DNA of 64,000 nt from Caldilineales bacterium. Lineage in GTDB: Bacteria > Chloroflexota > Anaerolineae > JAAEKA01. Of the stretch, positions 55,757 through 64,000 are shown piece by piece; position 1 is the stretch's first letter; the number at the start of each line of letters is the position of its first letter. Both the position numbers and the translations under genes were made by a program. Below the pieces are notes generated by a model. That model was given only the letters and a program-made list of their open reading frames with translations. It was not told where the DNA came from and ran no database searches. Location of the stretch: positions 41,371 to 105,370 of the forward strand of contig JANWYQ010000055.1 in NCBI GenBank assembly GCA_025055015.1, read 5' to 3'.

Positions 55757-56011
55757 TCAAGGGTTGCGATTTTGGATCAGGCGTCCGACGCGGGGTACCC
55801 GGTTGAACACTGAGGCATCGTGGGGCGCCTTGCGCAGCGAGCGGGTCAGGTCGAGGCCGGCGTAGTGCATGTTGCGGTGCATGCCGTCTCGCCACAAGGG
55901 GGAGTTGGTGACGTCGTAGACCACGCCGTCGTAGGCGATGTAGGCCGGCCGGCCCCGTTCGCCGTTGTACTGCCGCAGCTCGGCCTCGGTGAACCAGCGC
56001 TCCTCCGCCAT
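55757..56011 (-). CDS. cytochrome b5-like heme/steroid-binding domain protein
   Basis: FTEAELRQYNGERGRPAYIAYDGVVYDVT is typical of Cyt-b5/MAPR domains. Confidence 0.65.
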   Translation of the reverse strand: MAEERWFTEAELRQYNGERGRPAYIAYDGVVYDVTNSPLWRDGMHRNMHYAGLDLTRSLRKAPHDASVFNRVPRVGRLIQNRNP

Positions 56012-56541
56012 CAGGCCGCGCTCCCACCGGTCAGCTCGGCCAGGTGCTCGTAGTCGTGCTCGATCAAGCCCTCCAGGAAGCGGGCCACGCTTACGCTGCC
56101 GCCCGCCACCGGGTGCTCCTGGAAGACCTGCTCCGGGGTGGCCCAGCCCAGGTTCCAGAGCAGCTCCTCGCGGATCAGCGCTAGGTCCCGGATCACCTCG
56201 TCCCAGGACCAGTCGCGCTTGCGCAGGTACTCCCGCCGGTTCCAGGCGTCCACCTCCTCCTCGCCGTGCAACCACTCGATGCGGTCGGCGTGGCCGTTGA
56301 TCAGGTGCTGGATCAGGGTGATGTAGCGGTTCTCCCAGCTGGCGATATGGCCCACGATGTCCTTGGGGGACCAGCCGTCGTCGCGCGCCGGCCGGCTGCG
56401 CTGCGCTTCGGGCAGGTCGCGGGCGACGGCCAGCAGCGCGTTGCGGGCCTCGATCAGACGCTGGACCAGGGCGTTCTTGTCGGAAGGGTTCACGTCCATC
56501 GCTCGGTTCACGCTCTCGAAACTGGTCAACCGCCGGCGCAC
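56011..56541 (-). CDS. ClbS/DfsB-like four-helix-bundle protein (DinB-like); start uncertain
   Basis: HIASWENRYI...DAWN pattern recalled from DUF1706/ClbS. Low certainty. Confidence 0.45.
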   Translation of the reverse strand: MRRRLTSFESVNRAMDVNPSDKNALVQRLIEARNALLAVARDLPEAQRSRPARDDGWSPKDIVGHIASWENRYITLIQHLINGHADRIEWLHGEEEVDAWNRREYLRKRDWSWDEVIRDLALIREELLWNLGWATPEQVFQEHPVAGGSVSVARFLEGLIEHDYEHLAELTGGSAA

Positions 56542-56661
56542 CGATGCTACGCCCGCAGACGTTCCGCCCGGCCCTGAAGGCCGTCCGGCAACTCCACAGC
56601 GTCCCCTCCCCGGCTGCTCGGCCCTCTGTCGTTGTCCAACAGCGGGCGCGCCGTGGCGCTC

Positions 56662-57870
56662 TCACGGCTGCGCCTTGTGGCCGTCCTCGTGGCTGAGATA
56701 GCTGGCGGCGATGGCGGCCAGGATGGCCGCGCCCAGGGGCAGGGCGGCCTCGTCGATGTTGAAGCGGGGGCTGTGGTGGGGCTCGCCCCGCTCCAGGCCG
56801 GCCGGCTGCGCGCCCAGCACGAAGTAGCAGCCGGGCACTCGCTTCAAGAACTCGGCCATGTCCTCGGCCGCCAGGATCAGCGTGCCTTCCCCGACGGCGT
56901 CCTCGCCCAGGATCGCCGCGGCCACGCGGCGCAGCCGCTCGGTGGGCTCGGGATGGTTTGCCAGCGGCGGCACGTGCTCGCTGAAGCGCAGGGTGTAGCC
57001 GGCGCCGTGGGCTGCGGTCACCCCCTGCAACACCGTGTGCATGTGGCGGATGACCTCTGCGCGCACGGCCTCGTCGAACGCGCGCAGGGTGCCGCTCATC
57101 TGCACCCGCTCGGCCACCACGTTGAACGCGCCGCCGGTGTGCAGGGTGCCGATGGTCACCACGGCCGGCTGCAGGGGGTCCAGGCTGCGGCTGATCACCG
57201 ACTGGAGCTGCACAATGGCGTAGGCGGCCACCACTACGGCGTCCACGCCGGTGTGGGGCAGGGCGCCGTGGGTGCCGCGGCCCACGATCTCGATGTCGAA
57301 GCGGTCGGCCGAGGCCCATTGAGGGCCGCTTCTAACCACGGCCTTGCCCACGGGAAGCTGGCTCCACAGGTGCAGGCCGAAGGCTACGTCGGGCCGCGGG
57401 TCGGCCAGCGCGCCGTCGGCGATCATCGCCTGTGCGCCGGCGCCTACCTCCTCGGCCGGCTGGAAGACGAACTTGACGCGGCCGGCCAGCTCCTGCTGGC
57501 GCTCGGCCAGCAGCGTCGCCACCCCTAGGCCGATGGCGGTGTGGCCGTCGTGGCCGCACGCGTGCATCCGGCCGGGCGCCTTCGACGCGAAGGGCAGCCC
57601 CGTCTCCTCGTGCACCGGCAGCGCGTCCATGTCGAAGCGCAGCATCACCGTTGGGCCGTCCGCAACGCCCTCCAACACGCCCACCACGCCGGTGCGGCCG
57701 ACGCCGGTGCGCACCTCCAGGCCCAGGCCGGCCAGGTGGGCCGCCACGATGCCCGCGGTGCGGCGCTCTTCGAAGGCCAGCTCCGGGTGCTGATGCAGGT
57801 CGCGACGCCAGGCCGTCAGCTGGGCCTGCAGCGCACGAGCGCGGCTGAGAAAGGCGGGAAAGTCGCTCAT
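56662..57870 (-). CDS. M20D-family amidohydrolase
   Basis: MHACGHDGHT, paralogous to 20648-21817. Confidence 0.8.
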   Translation of the reverse strand: MSDFPAFLSRARALQAQLTAWRRDLHQHPELAFEERRTAGIVAAHLAGLGLEVRTGVGRTGVVGVLEGVADGPTVMLRFDMDALPVHEETGLPFASKAPGRMHACGHDGHTAIGLGVATLLAERQQELAGRVKFVFQPAEEVGAGAQAMIADGALADPRPDVAFGLHLWSQLPVGKAVVRSGPQWASADRFDIEIVGRGTHGALPHTGVDAVVVAAYAIVQLQSVISRSLDPLQPAVVTIGTLHTGGAFNVVAERVQMSGTLRAFDEAVRAEVIRHMHTVLQGVTAAHGAGYTLRFSEHVPPLANHPEPTERLRRVAAAILGEDAVGEGTLILAAEDMAEFLKRVPGCYFVLGAQPAGLERGEPHHSPRFNIDEAALPLGAAILAAIAASYLSHEDGHKAQP

Positions 57871-57871
57871 G

Positions 57872-58981
57872 TCAGGCCTCCTGGGGCACGGATCGGCGAT
57901 CCAACAGGGCCAAGTTGCGCCGGGCGTGGTGGTAACCGCGCATGACGAACTCCGGCCAGCGGCCGCGATCCACCCACAGCTCGTAGAAGCGGATCCCCTG
58001 GCTCTCGTGGAAGTCCACGGGGTGGAGAAGGAGGCTGCGATTCTGGACAAGCCGCCACTGCATGCGCGCCGCCTCGAGGCGCTGGCTGCGGCGAGCCTGC
58101 CGGCTCAGGGCCAAGGGGTTGAGGCGTCCCCAGCCCGTCAGCTCCTGACCCCGCAGGTCGGGCGGGAGGAGCACGTTGATACCGATGACGAAGTCCACCT
58201 CCGGGTGGTAGCGCACCAGCGGCTCAACCGGCAAGGGGTTGGCCACTGCGCCGTCGCAGCAGAGCGAGCCCTGGATCTCCACCGGCTGGGTGATGCCCGG
58301 CAGGGTGACTGCCAAGCGGGCCAGCCGGCTCAGCCGCACCTCTGGCGTGGGCCGGCTGCCGAGGTAGAGCACCCGGTTGTTCTCCACGTCCCAGGCGTGG
58401 GTGTAGAAGGGGGTTGCCAGGTCCCCCAACACGACGCCGTCCAGCCGCCGGTGGTAGAGGTACTCCACCACCTCCGCGTTCAACAGGCCGGGGAAGTGGC
58501 GGCCGAGGGTCAAGGGCAGCTTGGCCAGCGCCGACCAGTCGGGCTCGATGTAGTCCTGCTGTCGCCAGCTGAAGATGAACTCCAGAGCCTCCTGGACGCT
58601 CAGGCCGGCGGCGACGGGCGCCAGGAACAGGGCCGAGCCCGAACAGGCGGAGATGGCTGCGATCTCCAGGCCCGCCTCTTGGCAAGCGCGCATCACGCCC
58701 AGCGCGCTGATCGCCGCGCCGCTGCCGCCCGTGGCCACGATGCCCACCCGTTTGCCCTGGAGACAGCGAACGGTGAAGGGGCGCCACGGCGCAAACAGGT
58801 CGGTCTCCAGGGTGGGCTCGCGGTCCACCAGGGGGAGGGGGAGCAGCCCGCGGCGCAGGGTTCGCAGCGACGACACGCCGGCCCGGAGCCCCTCGGCCGC
58901 TGCCTCCACCTGGTGCGATGTGCGGCCGGCCCACCGCCGAACCTCCTTGCTCAGCTGCGAGTCGAGAGCTCGCGCCACCAT
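57872..58981 (-). CDS. patatin-like phospholipase
   Basis: GGSGAAIS oxyanion motif, GxSxG (CSGSA), and the Asp-Gly DGA context. Confidence 0.8.
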   Translation of the reverse strand: MVARALDSQLSKEVRRWAGRTSHQVEAAAEGLRAGVSSLRTLRRGLLPLPLVDREPTLETDLFAPWRPFTVRCLQGKRVGIVATGGSGAAISALGVMRACQEAGLEIAAISACSGSALFLAPVAAGLSVQEALEFIFSWRQQDYIEPDWSALAKLPLTLGRHFPGLLNAEVVEYLYHRRLDGVVLGDLATPFYTHAWDVENNRVLYLGSRPTPEVRLSRLARLAVTLPGITQPVEIQGSLCCDGAVANPLPVEPLVRYHPEVDFVIGINVLLPPDLRGQELTGWGRLNPLALSRQARRSQRLEAARMQWRLVQNRSLLLHPVDFHESQGIRFYELWVDRGRWPEFVMRGYHHARRNLALLDRRSVPQEA

Positions 58982-58995
58982 AGGTCCTCCATCGC

Positions 58996-59496
58996 TTAGC
59001 CGCCGTACGACCAGGGCGTGCTGGCCAGGTTGAGGGAGCGCGCGTCGGGGCGGCGCACGCCGCCGCCCACCACCTCCGCCACGAAGAGCGCATGGTCGCC
59101 GCCGGCGTTGGCTTCCTCCACCACCTGACATTCCAACCAAGCCACGGTGTCCAACAGCAGCGGCGCGCCGGTGCGCAGGCCCGGCTCCCATGGGTAGCCC
59201 GCCAGGTCGCTGCCGACGGCGGTGGTCACCCGGCGGAAGAACGCGCTGGCCAGCTCCTCCTGCCCCGCGCCGACGATGTTCAGGGCGAACCGGCCGACTT
59301 CCCGCAGCACCTGGACCATCTGGCCGTCCTTGCGCACGGCGATGGCCACCCGCTTGGGCTGCAGGCTGACCTGGGTCACCCAGCTGATGATGCCGCCATG
59401 CACCTCGTCGCCCTGGCGGCAGGTGAGGACGTGCAGACCGTACTGGAACAGGCGAAGGGCCGCCCGTGGATTGGCTATGGCTTCGGTAGAGGGCAT
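58996..59496 (-). CDS. flavin reductase-like FMN-binding split-barrel protein
   Basis: VTQVSLQPKRVAIAV...DHALFVAEVV pattern of the flavin reductase family. Confidence 0.7.
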   Translation of the reverse strand: MPSTEAIANPRAALRLFQYGLHVLTCRQGDEVHGGIISWVTQVSLQPKRVAIAVRKDGQMVQVLREVGRFALNIVGAGQEELASAFFRRVTTAVGSDLAGYPWEPGLRTGAPLLLDTVAWLECQVVEEANAGGDHALFVAEVVGGGVRRPDARSLNLASTPWSYGG

Positions 59497-59587
59497 GAAC
59501 TTCTCGGAACGACGGTGTGGGTGATCTTCAGCCTTGGCAGAGGCTCCCGTTGAGGCCCTTTCGGCCGGTGGAGCCGAAGGCGACGGC

Positions 59588-60712
59588 TCACCACAGGCCG
59601 GGGACCTCTGAGCTGGTGAGCGCTGCCAGGATCTCCTCGCGCCACTGGGGCAGCAGGTCGGCGGCCGCACGCACCATGCCCCAGCAGCCGGCCATCATCT
59701 GGTCGCCGTAGGGCACGGCGAAGTAGATGGGCAACCGGCTGCGGGCCAGCATGGCTCGCCGCGGGCCCGTGACCGCCACGAAGGACATTGGCACGGCCGT
59801 CCCGTCCAACACCAGCGCGCCGTGGCCGTGCTCGGCGAACACGGCCTGGTGGGTGATGGAGCCGTCGGCCAGACGGCCCAGCCACGCCTCCAACTGGTCG
59901 GGGCTCAGGAGGCCGGTGTGGTGCTCGAAGAGGCGCACAATCTCGCCGCCCCGGTACTGGAAGGCCAGGCAGTGGAAGTTGCCCACGTTCACCACCAGCG
60001 CGTCGGGCTGGCCGGCTACCTGGGGGTCCTGCAGCGCGCCCAGCACCGCCGCCGGCGCCGTGTCCATGACCAACACGTGCTCGGCGGCCTCCCGGGCCGT
60101 GGACACCGCCGCCTGCAGGCGAGTCATGATGGGGGGCACGGCGTCGGCCGGGAAGGCGAAGGCGGTCAGCCGACGGTCCTCGGCCAGCCGACGGGCCAGA
60201 TAGTCCAGGCGAAACTGGCGGTCGCTGACGTCCGGCGGCGCGTTGCCGTGGTCGAACACAGCCACAGCCAGCACCTCCGGCGCCAAAGCCACGCCGAAAG
60301 CGGTAAAGGCCTGGCGAATGGCGGCAAAATCGAAGTCGCGCATGGTGACGTGGGCTACGTCAGGCCGCGCGGCTAGCTGAGCCGCCTCCTCCGGGCTGAC
60401 GATCACCATCCCCATCTCACGCTGCAGGAGGTCCAGGTCGTCGTTGAAGCTACGCGCAGCGTCCGGCGTGGCAAAGAGGGGCAGGCCGGCGCGACGATGG
60501 TCCTCGGCGGCCCACGCGCTGGGGCCGCCCCCCATGGTGACGCCGGTGAGCACCAGCGGCCGGCCGGCCTGGGTCGCGCGGCGGATCTGCGCCGCGACGG
60601 CCAGCGTGGGGGAGGGCATCACCAGCTTCAGACAGTTCTCCGGCGCGCGACGGCTGTCGAACAACAGGATGTCCTGGGTGCCGGTCCCGACATCTACGGC
60701 GAGGAGCTGCAT
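59588..60712 (-). CDS. DUF1786 family protein (pyruvate-formate-lyase-activating-enzyme-related, unknown function)
   Basis: N-terminus MQLLAVDVGTGTQDILLFD characteristic of DUF1786. Confidence 0.65.
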   Translation of the reverse strand: MQLLAVDVGTGTQDILLFDSRRAPENCLKLVMPSPTLAVAAQIRRATQAGRPLVLTGVTMGGGPSAWAAEDHRRAGLPLFATPDAARSFNDDLDLLQREMGMVIVSPEEAAQLAARPDVAHVTMRDFDFAAIRQAFTAFGVALAPEVLAVAVFDHGNAPPDVSDRQFRLDYLARRLAEDRRLTAFAFPADAVPPIMTRLQAAVSTAREAAEHVLVMDTAPAAVLGALQDPQVAGQPDALVVNVGNFHCLAFQYRGGEIVRLFEHHTGLLSPDQLEAWLGRLADGSITHQAVFAEHGHGALVLDGTAVPMSFVAVTGPRRAMLARSRLPIYFAVPYGDQMMAGCWGMVRAAADLLPQWREEILAALTSSEVPGLW

Positions 60713-60739
60713 GGGCGTGTACCTCCAAGCACACGGGCA

Positions 60740-60870
60740 TTATACTCTAGCACCGAGCTTTCCCGGAAAACTCCGAAGTTTCCCGGAATGCTCAGGAACG
60801 CATATAATAGGCGTGACTTCCACGCTTGTGCTCTGTTGTTTCTTGTGTCTGCATCCGGTGGAAGGAGGAC
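60740..60870. promoter_or_regulatory. divergent intergenic region with direct repeat TTTCCCGGAA x2 (spaced 10 nt) and a CATATAAT -10-like box upstream of nfeD
   Basis: tttcccggaaaactccgaagtttcccggaa, then gcatataatagg, then GGAAGGAGGA RBS and the GTG start of nfeD. Confidence 0.4.
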
Positions 60871-60873
60871 CCC

Positions 60874-61446
60874 GTGGACGGGTTATTCGGCGGTTCCATC
60901 ACGTTGAACTGCATTTACTTTGCCTTGACCGTCGCGGGCGTGGTGTTTGCCTTGTTGACCCTGCTGGTGGGTGAGCTGTTCGGGGATGTTGACGGGGGCG
61001 GAGACTTCGACGCGGGAGATGGAGCAACGGACGGCGACCTGGTCATCTTCAGCCCCATCACGCTGGCCACCTTTGTGACGGCCTTCGGCGCGGCCGGCCT
61101 GATCAGCACCCTGGGGTTCAACGTAGACGCGCGCACCAGCCTGGTGATCGCCTTCGGCGCGGCTATGGCGCTGAGCCTGCTGGTGGCGGCGGTGTACAGC
61201 AAGATTCTCACTGAGATGCAGAGCAGCACCAACATTCGCCCGGCCGACATGGTGGGCAAGGTGGGCCAGGTGACGGTGACCGTGCCCGCCGACGGCCTGG
61301 GCGAGGCGATCATTGAGATCTCAGGCGAGCGCTACATCAAGGCTGCCCGCTCCTTCGACAACGCCCCGATCCCCCGGGGCGCCACGGTGGTGGTGAGGGA
61401 GGTGGTGGGCGGCGTGTTGGTGGTCGAGCCTCGCCATTCCGGCTAG
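60874..61446 (+). CDS. nfeD: NfeD-like membrane protein (OB-fold partner of flotillin)
   Basis: N-terminal TM helices. C-terminal OB beta-barrel GKVGQVTV...AIIEISGERY...RGATVVVREVVGGVLVVEP. Confidence 0.8.
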   Translation: MDGLFGGSITLNCIYFALTVAGVVFALLTLLVGELFGDVDGGGDFDAGDGATDGDLVIFSPITLATFVTAFGAAGLISTLGFNVDARTSLVIAFGAAMALSLLVAAVYSKILTEMQSSTNIRPADMVGKVGQVTVTVPADGLGEAIIEISGERYIKAARSFDNAPIPRGATVVVREVVGGVLVVEPRHSG

Positions 61447-61464
61447 CACGTCAGGAGGTTCCCC

Positions 61465-62928
61465 ATGCCTGAGCTGGCAACCCTTGCCTGTGTCATCGTC
61501 GCCGTGCCCGTGGTGTTGATCGCCATGGCCATCGTTTTCGCCAAGCGCTACTTCAAGGTCGGCCCCAACGAGGTGCTGGTGATCTCCGGCGGCCGGCGTC
61601 GCAGGGATGGCCAGGCCTACCGCATCGTGCGCGGGGGCGGCACCTTCGTTTTGCCGGTGTTCGAGCGGGTGGACCGGCTCTCCATGGAGGTGATGACCAT
61701 TGACGTGGTCACCCACCGGGTGTACACCGTGCAGGGTGTGCCCATCACCGTGGACGGCGTGGCCCAGGTGTCCATTGACCCCAGCGACTCCGCCATCCGC
61801 ACGGCCGCCCAGCTCTTCCTCTCCAAGACCGAGGACGAGATCCGCAACGTGGCCCTGCAGACCCTGGAGGGCCACCTGCGGGCCATCCTGGGCACCTTGA
61901 CGGTGGAGGAGGTGTACCGCGACCGCGACGCCTTCGCCCAGCGGGTGCAAGAGGTGTCCTCCGGCGACATGGCGGCCATGGGCCTGCGCATCATCTCCTT
62001 CACCATCAAGGACATCCAGGACGACCAGGGCTACCTGGATGCGCTGGGCCAGAAGCGCACCGCCGAGGTGAAGCGCGACGCGGCCATCGGCCAGGCCGAG
62101 GCCGCGCGCGACGCCACCATCAAGAGCGCCGAGGCGCGCCAGGCGGGCGAGACGGCCAAGTTCCTGGCGGAGGCCCGCATCGCCGAGTCCCAGAAGAACT
62201 ACGCCGTCCAGAAGGCGGCCTTTGACCTGGAGACCAACCAGCGCCGCGCCGAGGCCGACCTGGCCTACAAGCTGCAGGAGGCCAAGACCAGCCAGCTGGT
62301 GAAGGAGCAGGAGATCCAGATCGAGGTGGTGGCCAAGCAGAAGCAGATCGAGGTGCAGGAGCAGGAGGTCCGCCGCCGCGAGAAGGAACTGGAGGCCACC
62401 GTGCGCAAGCCGGCCGAGGCAGAGCGCTACCGCATCGAGACCCTGGCCGACGCCGAGCGGTTCAAGCGGCTGGCGGAGGCCCAGGGCCAGGCCGCAGCCA
62501 CCCAGGCCATCGGCGAGGGCGAAGCGGCGGCCATCCGCGCTCGCGGCCTGGCCGAGGCGGAGGTGATCAAGGCCAAGGGCCTGGCCGAGGCGGAGATCAT
62601 CCGTGCCCAGGGCTTCGCCGAGGCCGAGGCCATGGAGAAGAAGGCGGCGGCCTGGAAGCAGTACAACCAGGCGGCCGTGATCCAGCAGCTCATCGAGGCC
62701 CTGCCGCAGGTGGCAGCGGCCATCGCCCAGCCGTTGGCCCAGACCGATCGCATCGTGGTGATCAGCAGCGGCGACGGCGCCGGAGCCGGCGCGTCCAAGG
62801 TGACGGCCGACATTGCCAACATCGTGGCGCAGGTGCCGGCTACGGTGGAAGCCCTCACAGGCGTGGACCTGGTGAAGGCCATCTCGGAGCTGCCGGGGTT
62901 GGGCCAGGTGGTGCGCAGCGAGCCGTGA
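61465..62928 (+). CDS. flotillin-like SPFH/band-7 protein
   Basis: N-terminal TM segment. SPFH domain. Long Ala/Glu coiled coil (EAEAARDATI...) typical of FloT/YqiK. Confidence 0.85.
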   Translation: MPELATLACVIVAVPVVLIAMAIVFAKRYFKVGPNEVLVISGGRRRRDGQAYRIVRGGGTFVLPVFERVDRLSMEVMTIDVVTHRVYTVQGVPITVDGVAQVSIDPSDSAIRTAAQLFLSKTEDEIRNVALQTLEGHLRAILGTLTVEEVYRDRDAFAQRVQEVSSGDMAAMGLRIISFTIKDIQDDQGYLDALGQKRTAEVKRDAAIGQAEAARDATIKSAEARQAGETAKFLAEARIAESQKNYAVQKAAFDLETNQRRAEADLAYKLQEAKTSQLVKEQEIQIEVVAKQKQIEVQEQEVRRREKELEATVRKPAEAERYRIETLADAERFKRLAEAQGQAAATQAIGEGEAAAIRARGLAEAEVIKAKGLAEAEIIRAQGFAEAEAMEKKAAAWKQYNQAAVIQQLIEALPQVAAAIAQPLAQTDRIVVISSGDGAGAGASKVTADIANIVAQVPATVEALTGVDLVKAISELPGLGQVVRSEP

Positions 62929-63863
62929 GCGCGTCCCGCCCTCCGTTGAGCCGCCGGCAGGCCTGGTGGCTGGCCATTCGCCCTCGCACCCTGCCGGCGG
63001 CCGTCGGTCCCATCCTGGTGGGCGCGGCGCTGGCCATCGCCGCAGGCGCCTTTCGGCCCCTGGTGGCGCTGGTGGCGCTGGCCGTGGCCCTGCTGCTGCA
63101 GATCGCCAGCAACCTAGCCAACGACTACTACGACTTCGTCAAGGGGTACGACCAGGCCGACCGCAAGGGGCCCCTGCGAGTGGCCGCCAGCGGTCTGTTG
63201 CCGCTGAACGAGCTGCGGCGGGGGCTGTTGCTGGTGCTGGCGCTGGCCGCGCTGCTGGGCAGCTATCTCATCTACGTGGGGGGCTGGCCGATCCTGCTGT
63301 TGGGCGCTGCAGCGCTGTTGGCGGCCGTGATCTACAGCGGCGGCCCCTTCCCGCTGGCTGCCCACGGCCTGGGAGACCTGTTTGTGTTCCTCTTCTTCGG
63401 GCTGGCCGCTGTCGTGGGGACGTTCTATCTGCAGGCGGGGACGGCGCCCTCGCCCGTGTGGCTGGTCGCTGTAGCGCCGGGCGCGCTGGTGACGGCCATC
63501 CTGGTGGTGAACAACCTGCGGGACATGGAGAGCGACCGGCGAGTGGGCAAGCGCACCCTGGCCGTGCGCTTGGGCGCGCAGGGCACCCGGCGGGAGTACG
63601 ACTTGCTGCTGTTGGCTGCCTACGCCGTCCCCGTGGCGATGCTGGCGCTGGAGTTGGCCAGGGATGGCGGCGGCGCGGCCGGCCTGCGCTGGCTGCTGCC
63701 GTGGCTGACCCTGCCGCAAGCCCTGCGCCTGCGCCAAGCCTTGACGGCCTGCACCGACGGTCCCGCCATGAACCGGGCCTTGGCCGGCACTGCGCGGCTC
63801 AGCCTGATCTTCAGCGTGCTGTTGGCCGTGGCCATTGCTCTGCCTGCCCTCTGGGCTGTTTGA
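62925..63863 (+). CDS. menA: 1,4-dihydroxy-2-naphthoate polyprenyltransferase (UbiA family)
   Basis: NDYYDFVKGYD Asp-rich motif and a second motif NNLRDMESDRRVGKRTLAVRLG. Polytopic. Confidence 0.85.
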   Translation: MSASRPPLSRRQAWWLAIRPRTLPAAVGPILVGAALAIAAGAFRPLVALVALAVALLLQIASNLANDYYDFVKGYDQADRKGPLRVAASGLLPLNELRRGLLLVLALAALLGSYLIYVGGWPILLLGAAALLAAVIYSGGPFPLAAHGLGDLFVFLFFGLAAVVGTFYLQAGTAPSPVWLVAVAPGALVTAILVVNNLRDMESDRRVGKRTLAVRLGAQGTRREYDLLLLAAYAVPVAMLALELARDGGGAAGLRWLLPWLTLPQALRLRQALTACTDGPAMNRALAGTARLSLIFSVLLAVAIALPALWAV

Positions 63864-64000
63864 CTTTCCCCTGCGCTGGGGGTATACTGAAGTAGCCTGC
63901 AGCCACCGGTCGCCGACTTGTCAAAGCCACTGTTGCTTGAGCCTGTCAAAGCCTCCGTGCCCTCGACATGCTCAGCCGGCTTCAACAAGCTCAGCCGGCG

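Overview
The window is a high-GC (about 68-70% by eye) bacterial chromosomal segment. The gene content suggests a Chloroflexi/Thermomicrobia-like or Deinococcus-Thermus-like organism: it has a LysW-dependent alpha-aminoadipate lysine pathway plus F420 cofactor genes. This taxonomic call is inference only.

Gene content, in order:
- 1-8.1 kb: a two-gene locus, a large protein with no recognisable family (about 1021 aa, probably truncated at the window edge) followed by a 1662-aa DEAH-box SF2 helicase fused to a C-terminal DUF1998/MrfA-like zinc-ribbon domain. I read this as a candidate anti-phage system resembling Druantia type III (DruH-DruE); it is the most interesting locus in the window.
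- 9.4-20.6 kb: a complete AAA lysine biosynthesis cluster (lysW, lysX, lysY, lysZ, lysJ, homocitrate synthase, a fused large+small-subunit homoaconitase, homoisocitrate dehydrogenase, lysK). It is preceded by a textbook attenuator: a sigma70-like promoter, a 26-codon leader peptide with three Lys codons, and an intrinsic terminator.
- Then M20D amidohydrolases, a HAD hydrolase, and a formate dehydrogenase alpha subunit split into two genes by a single in-frame TGA.
- A coiled-coil protein built from 42-bp tandem repeats, an ABC-2 exporter, an S8 protease, a P450, and sugar-related oxidoreductase and isomerase genes.
- An M50/CBS protease, an SH3b-PKD-META surface protein, a LysM protein and an amidase.
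- An operon-like pair of a Uma2-family (DUF820) endonuclease and a 1270-aa PHP-domain-UvrD helicase fusion, followed by a barnase/barstar-like secreted RNase and inhibitor pair.
- A polyamine cluster (pdaD, agmatinase, deoxyhypusine-synthase-like).
- An F420 biosynthesis island (cofD, a cupin, cofC fused to a PPOX-like F420-binding domain), with M20D, patatin, flavin reductase and DUF1786 genes.
- nfeD-flotillin and menA.

Non-genic structure:
- Arrays of heptanucleotide tandem repeats (GGTGAAC family) occur at three loci, one of them in-frame inside cofC.
- Purine-rich in-frame insertions share a near-identical GGAACTGGGGGA-CTAGGG core in two unrelated genes.
- Two paralogous orphan RHH antitoxin-like genes are present.
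- A tandem palindromic repeat pair lies at 51.4 kb.

Many long ORFs in the six-frame track are antisense or alternate-frame artefacts of the high GC content and were not called.
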